Below are positions 1 through 7,892 of a stretch of 64,000 nt of DNA, piece by piece. A program made the translations under genes and the position numbers. Under the pieces are notes generated by a model. That model searched no databases. It had not been told where the DNA came from and saw only the letters and a program-made list of their open reading frames with translations. How positions within the stretch are numbered: the stretch's first letter is position 1; every line of letters begins with the position of its first letter. Location: the NCBI GenBank assembly GCA_963664295.1, contig OY760935.1:736001-800000 (forward strand), read 5' to 3'. This DNA is from Candidatus Altimarinota bacterium (GTDB taxonomy: Bacteria; Patescibacteriota; Gracilibacteria; CAIRYL01; GCA-016699755).

Positions 1-1563
1 ATGCTCAAGTCTAGGTCCCCAACTTTCAGCAAATATTTTCTTAAAAACGCCAACAACACCCGAAGCAATCAAATTTTTATGCTCAGGATTTTTACATTCC
101 AGCATATTAAAAGCCACAGGATAATCAGTATCCGAAGGATTAAAAATAATCACATCATTGGTTCGACTCTTAGGCACAAAATCCAAAATCGCTTCAGCAA
201 GATCACCATGCGGATCAATAACTGCCAAGCCTTTACCAGACTGAATATCAGAAAAAACCATGTTTTCAAGCAAAGTTGATTTTCCCATACCAGTTTTACC
301 AACTATATACACATGTCTTCTGCGATCATCTTCACGAATACCAAAAACTCGGGGATTACCTCGAAAGTTAGTCTTTCCTAAAAAAGTTAAATTTTCTTCT
401 GTTGGTAAATTTTGCGGAGGTTCAAGTTTCTTAGAAACAACCCATTCAATATTAGGCGTATTAACAGTTTCATTTGGTAAATGAAAAACAGTAGCCAGCT
501 CCTCAGAGTTCATAATCATCTGCCCCTCTAAATACGCTCTTTTAAAATGAATTGTGCCAAGCTTACCTTTGCTAATGGATTTAAGCTTAAATCCATTAAG
601 CTGAGACAAGCTAAATTGCTTAAAAGCACTACTCACCTCTTTGATTTTTGCAGGAGATGGAGCAACAATACGCACGCAAGTATTAAAAGCCAAGCGACTA
701 ATTTTATCAGTTGCCGCAGAGATATCAGTTTCCCGCTCATGACCTCTGCTCATTTCAGCATCTCTTTCTTTTATAAATTTATCCAAGCTCTCGCCACTAC
801 TTCCTTTTCGCAAAAGCCAAAATAACAAAAGCCAAAAAGAAGCCCTAAAACGCCTCCAAAAGCCCATTTGCACAAATCTTTTTTCAAAAATATCCTTCAA
901 TTTATCAAAACTTTTGTAATGACCCTTGTTTAAAATACGCAAACATTTTGTTGCCCGTTTTCTAAACCTATCAGAATTAATAGGCTGAACAACAATTTGC
1001 ATTGCCATTTTTTCTCCTTGCAAAAGCTTACCAAAAGGCAAAGTGATACCAGCAATAGGATCATTGATAGTGCTAGCAATTCTATCTTCAAATTGAGAAT
1101 AGCGCTTAATAGGATAAAAATCTGTATTATTAAATTGCAATTCAGCAAAATAATAATCTTGCGGAATTTTTGCAGTATAATCTTCTATTTCCAAAATTTC
1201 TGCTTCTGGATACTGTGCATAAAACTGACCTTCAATCAAATTGTAACAAGACTTTGGTGTTCGAATATAAAAATTAATCCTTCCTTCAATATTAGCAATT
1301 TCACAAGAAAATCTTGGCTGTTTTCTGCCAGTTAATTTCTCCCAAACAGAAAAATATTCATAAACACCATGCAAGGCAGAAAAAATATTATCCGCAACAT
1401 GCGGATTGCGCTCATTAAGCTTATTGGGAATAATTTTCAAAGTCACCCACTTTTCTTTTAAAACTTTATTTGACCAATAAATAGAACCAATAAGATTAGT
1501 CAGCAAAAGAAGTAAAAAAACTACTCCAATCGCCAATCCTGTATATATCAAATAATCTAGCAT
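1..1563 (-). CDS. VirD4/TraD-like (DUF87/HerA-type) P-loop ATPase with N-terminal membrane anchor; 3' end runs off the window
   Basis: Not in the ORF track. Hand translation from ATG at 1563 gives MLDYLIYTGLAIGVVFLLLL..., then DRRRHVYIVGKTGMGKSTLL (Walker A), GLAVIDPHGD and SWGPRLEH, typical of CPR coupling-protein-like ATPases. Confidence 0.85.
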   Translation of the reverse strand, partial: MLDYLIYTGLAIGVVFLLLLLTNLIGSIYWSNKVLKEKWVTLKIIPNKLNERNPHVADNIFSALHGVYEYFSVWEKLTGRKQPRFSCEIANIEGRINFYIRTPKSCYNLIEGQFYAQYPEAEILEIEDYTAKIPQDYYFAELQFNNTDFYPIKRYSQFEDRIASTINDPIAGITLPFGKLLQGEKMAMQIVVQPINSDRFRKRATKCLRILNKGHYKSFDKLKDIFEKRFVQMGFWRRFRASFWLLLFWLLRKGSSGESLDKFIKERDAEMSRGHERETDISAATDKISRLAFNTCVRIVAPSPAKIKEVSSAFKQFSLSQLNGFKLKSISKGKLGTIHFKRAYLEGQMIMNSEELATVFHLPNETVNTPNIEWVVSKKLEPPQNLPTEENLTFLGKTNFRGNPRVFGIREDDRRRHVYIVGKTGMGKSTLLENMVFSDIQSGKGLAVIDPHGDLAEAILDFVPKSRTNDVIIFNPSDTDYPVAFNMLECKNPEHKNLIASGVVGVFKKIFAESWGPRLEH

Positions 1564-1573
1564 TATTTATTTT

Positions 1574-2503
1574 TTAAGCTTTATTTTGACTACCACAAAC
1601 ATGAACTTTATGACGAACCATTTTAATAAACTCATCTCGAGCCGCACCAAGATATTTTCGAGGATCAAAAACTTCAGGATTTTCCTGTAAATATTTTCGG
1701 ATCATACCAGTCATAACCAAACGCAAATCAGTATCAATATTGATTTTCACAACATTAGTTTCAGTAGCCGCCTTAGTAAGCAATTCCTCAGAAACACCCT
1801 TAGCCCCACCAAGCTCACCACCATATTGATTACACATAGCTACATATTCTTGCAAAACTGAACTAGCACCATGCAAAACCAAAGGAAAATCAGGCAATTT
1901 CTCCTCAATTTGATGAAGTCTATCAAAGCTTAAATAAGGCTCACCTGTAAATTTATAAGCGCCATGAGAAGTGCCCACAGCCACAGCCAAAGAATCACAC
2001 CCTGTTTTATCTACAAATTCTTTAGCCTCATCAGGATCAGTAAATTTAGCATCTTTTTCTTCCACAGAAACCTCGTCTTCAACACCAGCAAGCTTGCCAA
2101 GTTCTGCCTCAACAGGAATATTTCTTTCATGCGCATAATCAACCACACTCTTAGTAATTTCAACATTCTTATCAAATTCATATTTAGAAGCATCAATCAT
2201 CACACTGGTAAAACCAGAATCAATACAATCTTTTGCTGTCTCAAAGCTATCACCATGATCAAGATGAAGAGCAAAAGGAATTTCTGGATAAAGCTCCTCC
2301 GCCGCTTCCACAAGTTTTTTCAAAAAAATCGGATTAGCATAATTTCGTGCTCCCCTAGAAACCTGCAAAATAACTGGGGAATTTTCCGCCTTAACTCCTT
2401 CCATAATCCCCTGAATAATCTCCATATTATTAACATTAAAAGCAGGAATGGCGTATTTACCAGCCAATGCCTTTTGAAACATTTCCCGAGTGTCAGTAAG
2501 CAT
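1574..2503 (-). CDS. fba: Class II fructose-bisphosphate aldolase
   Basis: AFNVNNME, LHLDHG, GTSHGAYK, LVLHGAS and KINIDTD motifs. Confidence 0.95.
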   Translation of the reverse strand: MLTDTREMFQKALAGKYAIPAFNVNNMEIIQGIMEGVKAENSPVILQVSRGARNYANPIFLKKLVEAAEELYPEIPFALHLDHGDSFETAKDCIDSGFTSVMIDASKYEFDKNVEITKSVVDYAHERNIPVEAELGKLAGVEDEVSVEEKDAKFTDPDEAKEFVDKTGCDSLAVAVGTSHGAYKFTGEPYLSFDRLHQIEEKLPDFPLVLHGASSVLQEYVAMCNQYGGELGGAKGVSEELLTKAATETNVVKINIDTDLRLVMTGMIRKYLQENPEVFDPRKYLGAARDEFIKMVRHKVHVCGSQNKA

Positions 2504-2558
2504 AATAATTTAGGTTAAATTTATAAAAATTTTGCCACTTTTAAGCTATAATCTCAAT

Positions 2559-3344
2559 ATGAAAAAAATTTTTGGCATATTAGCACACCCAGCAAAGCAC
2601 TCTCTTTCACCTGTAATGCACAATGCAGGCATGAAAAACCTAGGAATAAACGGCGAATTTAAGTTTTTTGATATTCCCCCGCAAGAATTAGCAAAATTTT
2701 TCCAAAAAATACGCACCGAAAAAGTTCAAGGACTAGCAGTATCAATACCACACAAAGAAAAAGTGAGCCCATATCTTGATAAAATCACGGAAAAAGCAAA
2801 AAAAATAGGTGCAATCAACACAATCTATTGGGAAAATGAAAAACTCTGCGGAACCAACACAGACGAAATTGGCTTCTTAAGAGCACTAGAAGGTCTAAGT
2901 CCAAAAACCGCCTTGGTCTTAGGAGCTGGCGGAGCGTCTCGCGCTGTTTTATATGCTCTACAAAATCAAAAAATCAAAACCAAAATCTGGGCACGCAAAA
3001 AAGAACAAGCAGAAAAACTCGCCCAAGAATTCAAAGCAGAAGCAATAGAAAAACCAAATCAAAAACTAGAGTTAATAATAAATTGTACACCAGTAGGCAT
3101 GAGTCCAAACACAGAAAACTCAATTCTACCTGCAAATTTTTGGCAAGCCCATCACATAGCCTATGACCTTGTTATGAACCCACGCAAAACCCGCTTTATC
3201 AAAGAAGCAGAAAAAGCAGGTGCAAAAATAATCACTGGCGAAAAAATGCTCCTTTTTCAAGGAATAGAACAATTTAAAATCTGGCATAAACAAGAAGCGC
3301 CACAAGATATAATGCAAAAAACACTGAAAAATAATCTTGACTAA
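2559..3344 (+). CDS. aroE: Shikimate dehydrogenase
   Basis: HSLSPVMHN, SIPHKE, GAINT, NTD, GAGGA, INCTPVGM; ATG at 2559 preferred over TTG at 2532. Confidence 0.93.
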   Translation: MKKIFGILAHPAKHSLSPVMHNAGMKNLGINGEFKFFDIPPQELAKFFQKIRTEKVQGLAVSIPHKEKVSPYLDKITEKAKKIGAINTIYWENEKLCGTNTDEIGFLRALEGLSPKTALVLGAGGASRAVLYALQNQKIKTKIWARKKEQAEKLAQEFKAEAIEKPNQKLELIINCTPVGMSPNTENSILPANFWQAHHIAYDLVMNPRKTRFIKEAEKAGAKIITGEKMLLFQGIEQFKIWHKQEAPQDIMQKTLKNNLD

Positions 3345-3387
3345 ACAATATTTATATAGTTAAATATATAACTAAAATTTCCCCAAT

Positions 3388-3747
3388 ATGCAAAACAATT
3401 CCGAAAAAATATTAAAAACATCAACAATAACCAACATAGAGATACCAAATCACCCAAAAAATTTTCCTTGGGATCATTTAATAAAAACAATTCAAAGCAT
3501 AATTACCTTAATTAAAACAGGACAATCCCCTGATGAAGCCTATTGCAAATGTAGTAGGTTTAATTTAGTAGAGCTTGTAAAAATGGCAATGGAGGGCCAT
3601 TTAATAGCTGGTTTTTCAAGCAATAATGAAAACCTAGCATCAGCAATTACCTTAATGATCTGGAACGATGTTTGCACGCTTTGGAACCAACAACAACAAA
3701 CTAATAATCAAATTCATAACGCAATTTGTATGCATCACCACTCTTAG
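3388..3747 (+). CDS. Hypothetical protein
   Basis: 119-aa ORF with an upstream TTGACT/TATAGT-like promoter; overlaps the convergent ORF end by 47 nt; no recognisable motif. Confidence 0.5.
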   Translation: MQNNSEKILKTSTITNIEIPNHPKNFPWDHLIKTIQSIITLIKTGQSPDEAYCKCSRFNLVELVKMAMEGHLIAGFSSNNENLASAITLMIWNDVCTLWNQQQQTNNQIHNAICMHHHS

Positions 3748-4300
3748 AGCCAATAATCACAACATTATTAATTACAAAAATATGCTCCCCGCCACCAGAA
3801 ACAGCATTGATATCAGCTACAATGCTAATTTTTTTACTTTTGCCAGCAGGAATAATCACAGGGTCACTAATAAAATAAATAACAGCACTATTGTATTCTT
3901 TAGAGAAATTAGGCGTAGTACCAAAGCGATAAATCCCATCAAAAACCTTTACAGCATCAATATCATCAAGCAAGCCAAGCCCTTGATGACCAATTTCTAT
4001 TCTGCGAATTTCCAAATCCTCAGAAGAATTAGCAAAAAATTCCAATTCTAAAAATGGCACATTAGTAGCATTTTGAGGAATAGTGCCACCAATATTTTTA
4101 ATTTTCACATTAACAAAAGGGTCAATTTCGCCCTCTTTCCTCTCAAAATCCTCAATAAATTCTTTAACAAAGAAAATGGCTTTTTCTGAATAAATAAAAA
4201 CAGAATTAGCTTGCACAAAAGGCAAAAAGCAAACAAAACACAAAATAAAAATTAAAATTTTTTTCACACAAAAATTACTCAATACGCCTTGGTTGTTCAT
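3701..4300 (-). CDS. Hypothetical exported protein (beta-rich, possibly Ig-like)
   Basis: Signal-peptide-like KKILIFILCFVCFLPFVQA; in line with the upstream ECF operon. Confidence 0.65.
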   Translation of the reverse strand: MNNQGVLSNFCVKKILIFILCFVCFLPFVQANSVFIYSEKAIFFVKEFIEDFERKEGEIDPFVNVKIKNIGGTIPQNATNVPFLELEFFANSSEDLEIRRIEIGHQGLGLLDDIDAVKVFDGIYRFGTTPNFSKEYNSAVIYFISDPVIIPAGKSKKISIVADINAVSGGGEHIFVINNVVIIGSKSGDAYKLRYEFDY

Positions 4301-5000
4301 GGGGAAGTTCCTTAAATGGCAAAATACCTATAGCAAAAAACTCTTTCGTGTCTTTATCAAGAGGTTTACCAAGAGCACGAATTTTAGCACTAATAAAAAG
4401 ATCTGCCTTTGGATGTATTTTTGCTTTTTCAAAATAAACTATCCAGGTTTCCCCCCTAAGATCTTCTATTATTAAAATAGTTTCATCTTTGCTGATAATT
4501 TCACCAGCCAAAAAACCTTCTTTTGGTTTTTGCCAACGCTCAAATCTTTGTTCATGCAAACCTTTATAAAAAGGCACTTTTTCAGCAAAAATTCTATCCA
4601 TTCTCTCAGCCCCACCAGAAACATAAACAAAAGAACCTAACACAATACTCAATAAAATATTTACCAAAAACACAGTCAAAATTGAAAACTTATAACCTTT
4701 TTTTGTGTTTTTTAAAAAAACAATTGAAAAAACAAAAAAACAAGCCAAAAAAACAAGCCAGACAACCGGCAACATCTTTAAAAACAAAGAAAATCCTGAT
4801 TCTTCAAAATACGGAAAAACATCAAAATCATTCTCGCGAAAAGCATAAATAATTACCGAAAAAGCCAAAGCACCGAAAAGAGCAAAAAATACAAAAAAGG
4901 ACCAGATTAAAGCATTTTTAAAAACAAACTGCCAACGAGGGGTTGGTTTTATTTTTTGTGCCTTAATTTTATCAATCACATTTTTTACTGTTTTAGCCAT
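4275..5000 (-). CDS. Membrane protein, putative anti-sigma factor or ECF accessory protein
   Basis: Three hydrophobic helices; starts 1 nt after the ECF sigma stop. Confidence 0.7.
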   Translation of the reverse strand: MAKTVKNVIDKIKAQKIKPTPRWQFVFKNALIWSFFVFFALFGALAFSVIIYAFRENDFDVFPYFEESGFSLFLKMLPVVWLVFLACFFVFSIVFLKNTKKGYKFSILTVFLVNILLSIVLGSFVYVSGGAERMDRIFAEKVPFYKGLHEQRFERWQKPKEGFLAGEIISKDETILIIEDLRGETWIVYFEKAKIHPKADLFISAKIRALGKPLDKDTKEFFAIGILPFKELPHEQPRRIE

Positions 5001-5001
5001 T

Positions 5002-5580
5002 TTAAGTGAGAGTTAAATTTTTTCGCAAAAGAGTTTTTTTAAATTCCTTTTTGGCCCTATTAATCAAAGTTGCTACTGTGCCTTGGGGCTTTTTAATAAT
5101 ATCAGAAATTTCTTCGTATGATTTTTGTTCCAAAAACTTCAAAATCAAAACTTCTTTATATTTCAAAGGTAAAAAATTTAATATTTCATGTACTATTTTT
5201 GAGTTTAACTTAGTGTTAATCTCTGTTTTTAAGTCCATTTCCGAAGGCAAATTGGCAAAAATTTCCTCATCCATAAAAATTTGATTTTTTCTTCCTCTTG
5301 TTTTTTGCTTTCTGTATTCAGAAACAGTTTGATTATGGGCAATGCTATATATCCAGCTAGAAAATTTAGTTTCTTCATCGTAGTCATTAAGATTTTTCCA
5401 GGTTTTTATAAAAACTTCTTGTAATATTTCTTCGCTTTCTTCATGTGAAAAATCAGAAATACGCATAACATAACGCTTTAAAGGTTCTTCATATCTCTCA
5501 ATCAAAACCGAGAAAAAATCAACATCCTCAAGGGACTTTTGAACCAACTGCTCGTCTGTATATTTACTGTAATCCACCAT
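5002..5580 (-). CDS. ECF RNA polymerase sigma factor (SigW-like)
   Basis: EEILQEVFIKTW...FSSWIYSIAHN (region 2); LPLKYKEVLIL...SYEEISDII...GTVATLINRAK (region 4). Confidence 0.93.
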   Translation of the reverse strand: MVDYSKYTDEQLVQKSLEDVDFFSVLIERYEEPLKRYVMRISDFSHEESEEILQEVFIKTWKNLNDYDEETKFSSWIYSIAHNQTVSEYRKQKTRGRKNQIFMDEEIFANLPSEMDLKTEINTKLNSKIVHEILNFLPLKYKEVLILKFLEQKSYEEISDIIKKPQGTVATLINRAKKEFKKTLLRKNLTLT

Positions 5581-5605
5581 AAAAAATTATCTCTTACTTT
5601 TATTA

Positions 5606-5631
5606 TACGCAAATTAAAAAATTTTCTTTCA
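5606..5631 (-). promoter_or_regulatory. Putative ECF (SigW-type) autoregulatory promoter TGAAAG-N16-CGTA
   Basis: 26 nt upstream of the sigma ATG; the same architecture recurs at 6486-6511. Confidence 0.7.
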
Positions 5632-5661
5632 AAAAAGCTCCTTTTAATGAAGGAGCTTTTT
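5631..5661. terminator. Intrinsic terminator hairpin (bidirectional)
   Basis: AAAAAAGCTCCTT-loop-AAGGAGCTTTTT downstream of the 5691-6425 gene. Confidence 0.75.
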
Positions 5662-5690
5662 CTAGAAAACACCTTTTTATATTTGTTTTC

Positions 5691-6425
5691 TTATTGATTT
5701 GAGTTGTTGTTATTGTTGGCAGGTCTTTTCTTTGCTCTGCGCATACCCATTTCTTCTGGCTCAGTATGCTCCTGAATTTTGGCTATTTCTTCCTCATCAT
5801 CAGAGGTAATTGTGATTTTTATGCCATTATCAAGATTTTCTATTGTTCTAGTGACATTTTCATTTTTTGGTTCACGCTCTGGACGATTTTGTAAAAATTC
5901 AACTGCTTCTTCATTGTCAGAAGTAAGAGTAATTTCTACACCATTATCAATGTTTGTCACTTCACGGTTGATGTCAGCAAAGAAAGCTCCACCAGCGCAA
6001 CCATCATCACGATTGCCACCTCTTTTGCCTCTTCCTTTGTTCATACCTGGCTGTTGATTTTTAGAATGCTCCTGAATTTTGGCTATTTCTTCCTCATCAT
6101 CAGAGGTAATTGTGATTTTTATGCCATTATCAAGATTTTCTATTGTTCTAGTGACATTTTCATTTTTTGGTTCACGCTCTGGACGATTTTGTAAAAATTC
6201 AACTGCTTCTTCATTGTCAGAAGTAAGAGTAATTTCTACACCATTATCAATGTTTGTCACTTCACGGTTGATGTCAGCAAAGAAAGCTTCTCTTTCTTGT
6301 CTAACCCTTGGTGCGTTATTTTCTTGATTATCATCAGCACTAGCAGTCAAAGCAAGAGCACTAACTCCAAACAAAAGAGCAAAGGCCGCAAATAAAGAAA
6401 CTGTTTTAGAGATTTTTGTTTTCAT
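5691..6425 (-). CDS. Secreted acidic repeat protein
   Basis: Signal peptide (ALTASA); two identical 74-aa blocks, each with two xxNxDNGxxITxTSD sub-repeats. Confidence 0.8.
   Translation of the reverse strand: MKTKISKTVSLFAAFALLFGVSALALTASADDNQENNAPRVRQEREAFFADINREVTNIDNGVEITLTSDNEEAVEFLQNRPEREPKNENVTRTIENLDNGIKITITSDDEEEIAKIQEHSKNQQPGMNKGRGKRGGNRDDGCAGGAFFADINREVTNIDNGVEITLTSDNEEAVEFLQNRPEREPKNENVTRTIENLDNGIKITITSDDEEEIAKIQEHTEPEEMGMRRAKKRPANNNNNSNQ
5766..6288. repeat. Exact 223-bp intragenic direct repeat (5766-5988 = 6066-6288, period 300)
   Basis: Direct line-by-line comparison of the two segments. Confidence 0.95.
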
Positions 6426-6485
6426 AGTTTTTTAAAAAAATTAAAAATTAAAAAATTCAAATTAGTGATCACTGTCACCCACTAA

Positions 6486-6511
6486 TACGCAAATAAAAAA
6501 AAGTTCTTTCA
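6486..6511 (-). promoter_or_regulatory. Putative ECF (SigW-type) promoter TGAAAG-N16-CGTA
   Basis: About 60 nt upstream of the ATG at 6425; matches the 5606-5631 motif. Confidence 0.7.
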
Positions 6512-6563
6512 AATTTTCTTAAAAAATGTAATATATAAACCTTTTTAAGCCTTAAAAACAGAA

Positions 6564-7022
6564 ATGAACACAGAGCAAATCAAAACAACTAATTGTATTT
6601 GTGTATGTCATTGCGGAGCAGAAAAAGAAGAAATCAGCAAAGCTATACATGAAATAATGAAAGAATTTGCGTCACAAATGTCCAATTTCGACATAGTACA
6701 AATAAAACCAAACCAACCAAAAGAAAAAATAGACACATTTAAATTAGGCAAAAAAGCTGTCAAAGCAAAAAACCTCAAAACAACAGAGGAAAAAGCACAA
6801 GCAAGACCATATTGGGCTGTTCAGGCAACAATAAATAGACTAAAAATCATCTCTCAAATATATCCCTTCTCTATACTACTAGTCTCAAGACAAGTGCAAC
6901 AAGAGATAGAAAAAGCAGGATTAAGCCAACATTTTACTGCCATTAAATCAATATTCATACCTGATAGTGAAAATATTGCTGAGTGTTTAAAAAATATTTT
7001 CGAACAAGCACAAAAAGTATAA
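6564..7022 (+). CDS. Hypothetical protein
   Basis: 152-aa ORF with an N-terminal CxCxCHC cluster; directly upstream of the ZIP transporter. Confidence 0.6.
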   Translation: MNTEQIKTTNCICVCHCGAEKEEISKAIHEIMKEFASQMSNFDIVQIKPNQPKEKIDTFKLGKKAVKAKNLKTTEEKAQARPYWAVQATINRLKIISQIYPFSILLVSRQVQQEIEKAGLSQHFTAIKSIFIPDSENIAECLKNIFEQAQKV

Positions 7023-7047
7023 TATAAATAAGCTTTTATAATAAAAA

Positions 7048-7797
7048 ATGACTGAAGCGCTAATTGCCTCTATTATTGTTAGTTTAATTTCTTTCGTAGG
7101 CGCATTTTCACTTGTTCTTACAGGAAAAATAATTAAAAAAATAACTCATTTTCTAATAGCTCTTTCAGCAGGAACATTGCTTGGTGGTGCTTTTTTACAC
7201 CTACTTCCTGAAGCTCTGGAAAAAAATCATAATTATCACGAAGTTTTTTTATATTTTTTAATTGGCTTTAGCTCTTTTTTTGTTCTAGAGCGCATTTTGC
7301 ACTGGCGCCATTGTCACCACTCTGGGGATAAAGAGTGCAAAGTACATCCTGTTGGCATAATGAACCTTTTTGGTGATGGTATTCATAATTTTATTGACGG
7401 ACTTTTAATTGCCGGTGCTTTTGCAATCAATCCTCATCTAGGAATATCAACAACAATAGCAATTATTATGCATGAAATCCCTCAAGAAATAGGCGATTTT
7501 GGCGTACTTATTCACGCAGGTTATACAGCAAAAAAAGCCCTGTTTTTTAATTTTCTTTCTGCAATTACAGCAATTTTTGGTGTGTTTTGCGGATTTTTAT
7601 TCATAGACAATGTCAGTGGATTTAATAATTTTTTAATTCCCTTTGCTGCTGGCGGATTTTTACATATTTCTGCTAGCGACCTAGTTCCAGAATTACATAA
7701 CGAAAAACAGCTTAACAAAGCCATAATTTCCTTTTTAATTTTCATCGGCGGGCTTGTGTTAATGTGGGCACTAGCAAATGTAGGTCATGCGCACTAA
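7048..7797 (+). CDS. ZIP family zinc/metal transporter
   Basis: LHLLPEA, His-rich loop HWRHCHH, GDGIHNFIDG, HEIPQEIGDF. Confidence 0.93.
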   Translation: MTEALIASIIVSLISFVGAFSLVLTGKIIKKITHFLIALSAGTLLGGAFLHLLPEALEKNHNYHEVFLYFLIGFSSFFVLERILHWRHCHHSGDKECKVHPVGIMNLFGDGIHNFIDGLLIAGAFAINPHLGISTTIAIIMHEIPQEIGDFGVLIHAGYTAKKALFFNFLSAITAIFGVFCGFLFIDNVSGFNNFLIPFAAGGFLHISASDLVPELHNEKQLNKAIISFLIFIGGLVLMWALANVGHAH

Positions 7798-7892
7798 ATT
7801 TCACTCCAAAAAACAAGTACATAAGTTGACTTTTTGGGCAAAAAAGTGTATTATTTATAGATAAAAAATAAAAATTTTGCCCCTAAAACAAA

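Noticed and set aside
1432-1442. Another AATTTTCAAAG boxA-like match
   Set aside because: Inside a coding region with no associated promoter; shows the short core can occur by chance in AT-rich DNA
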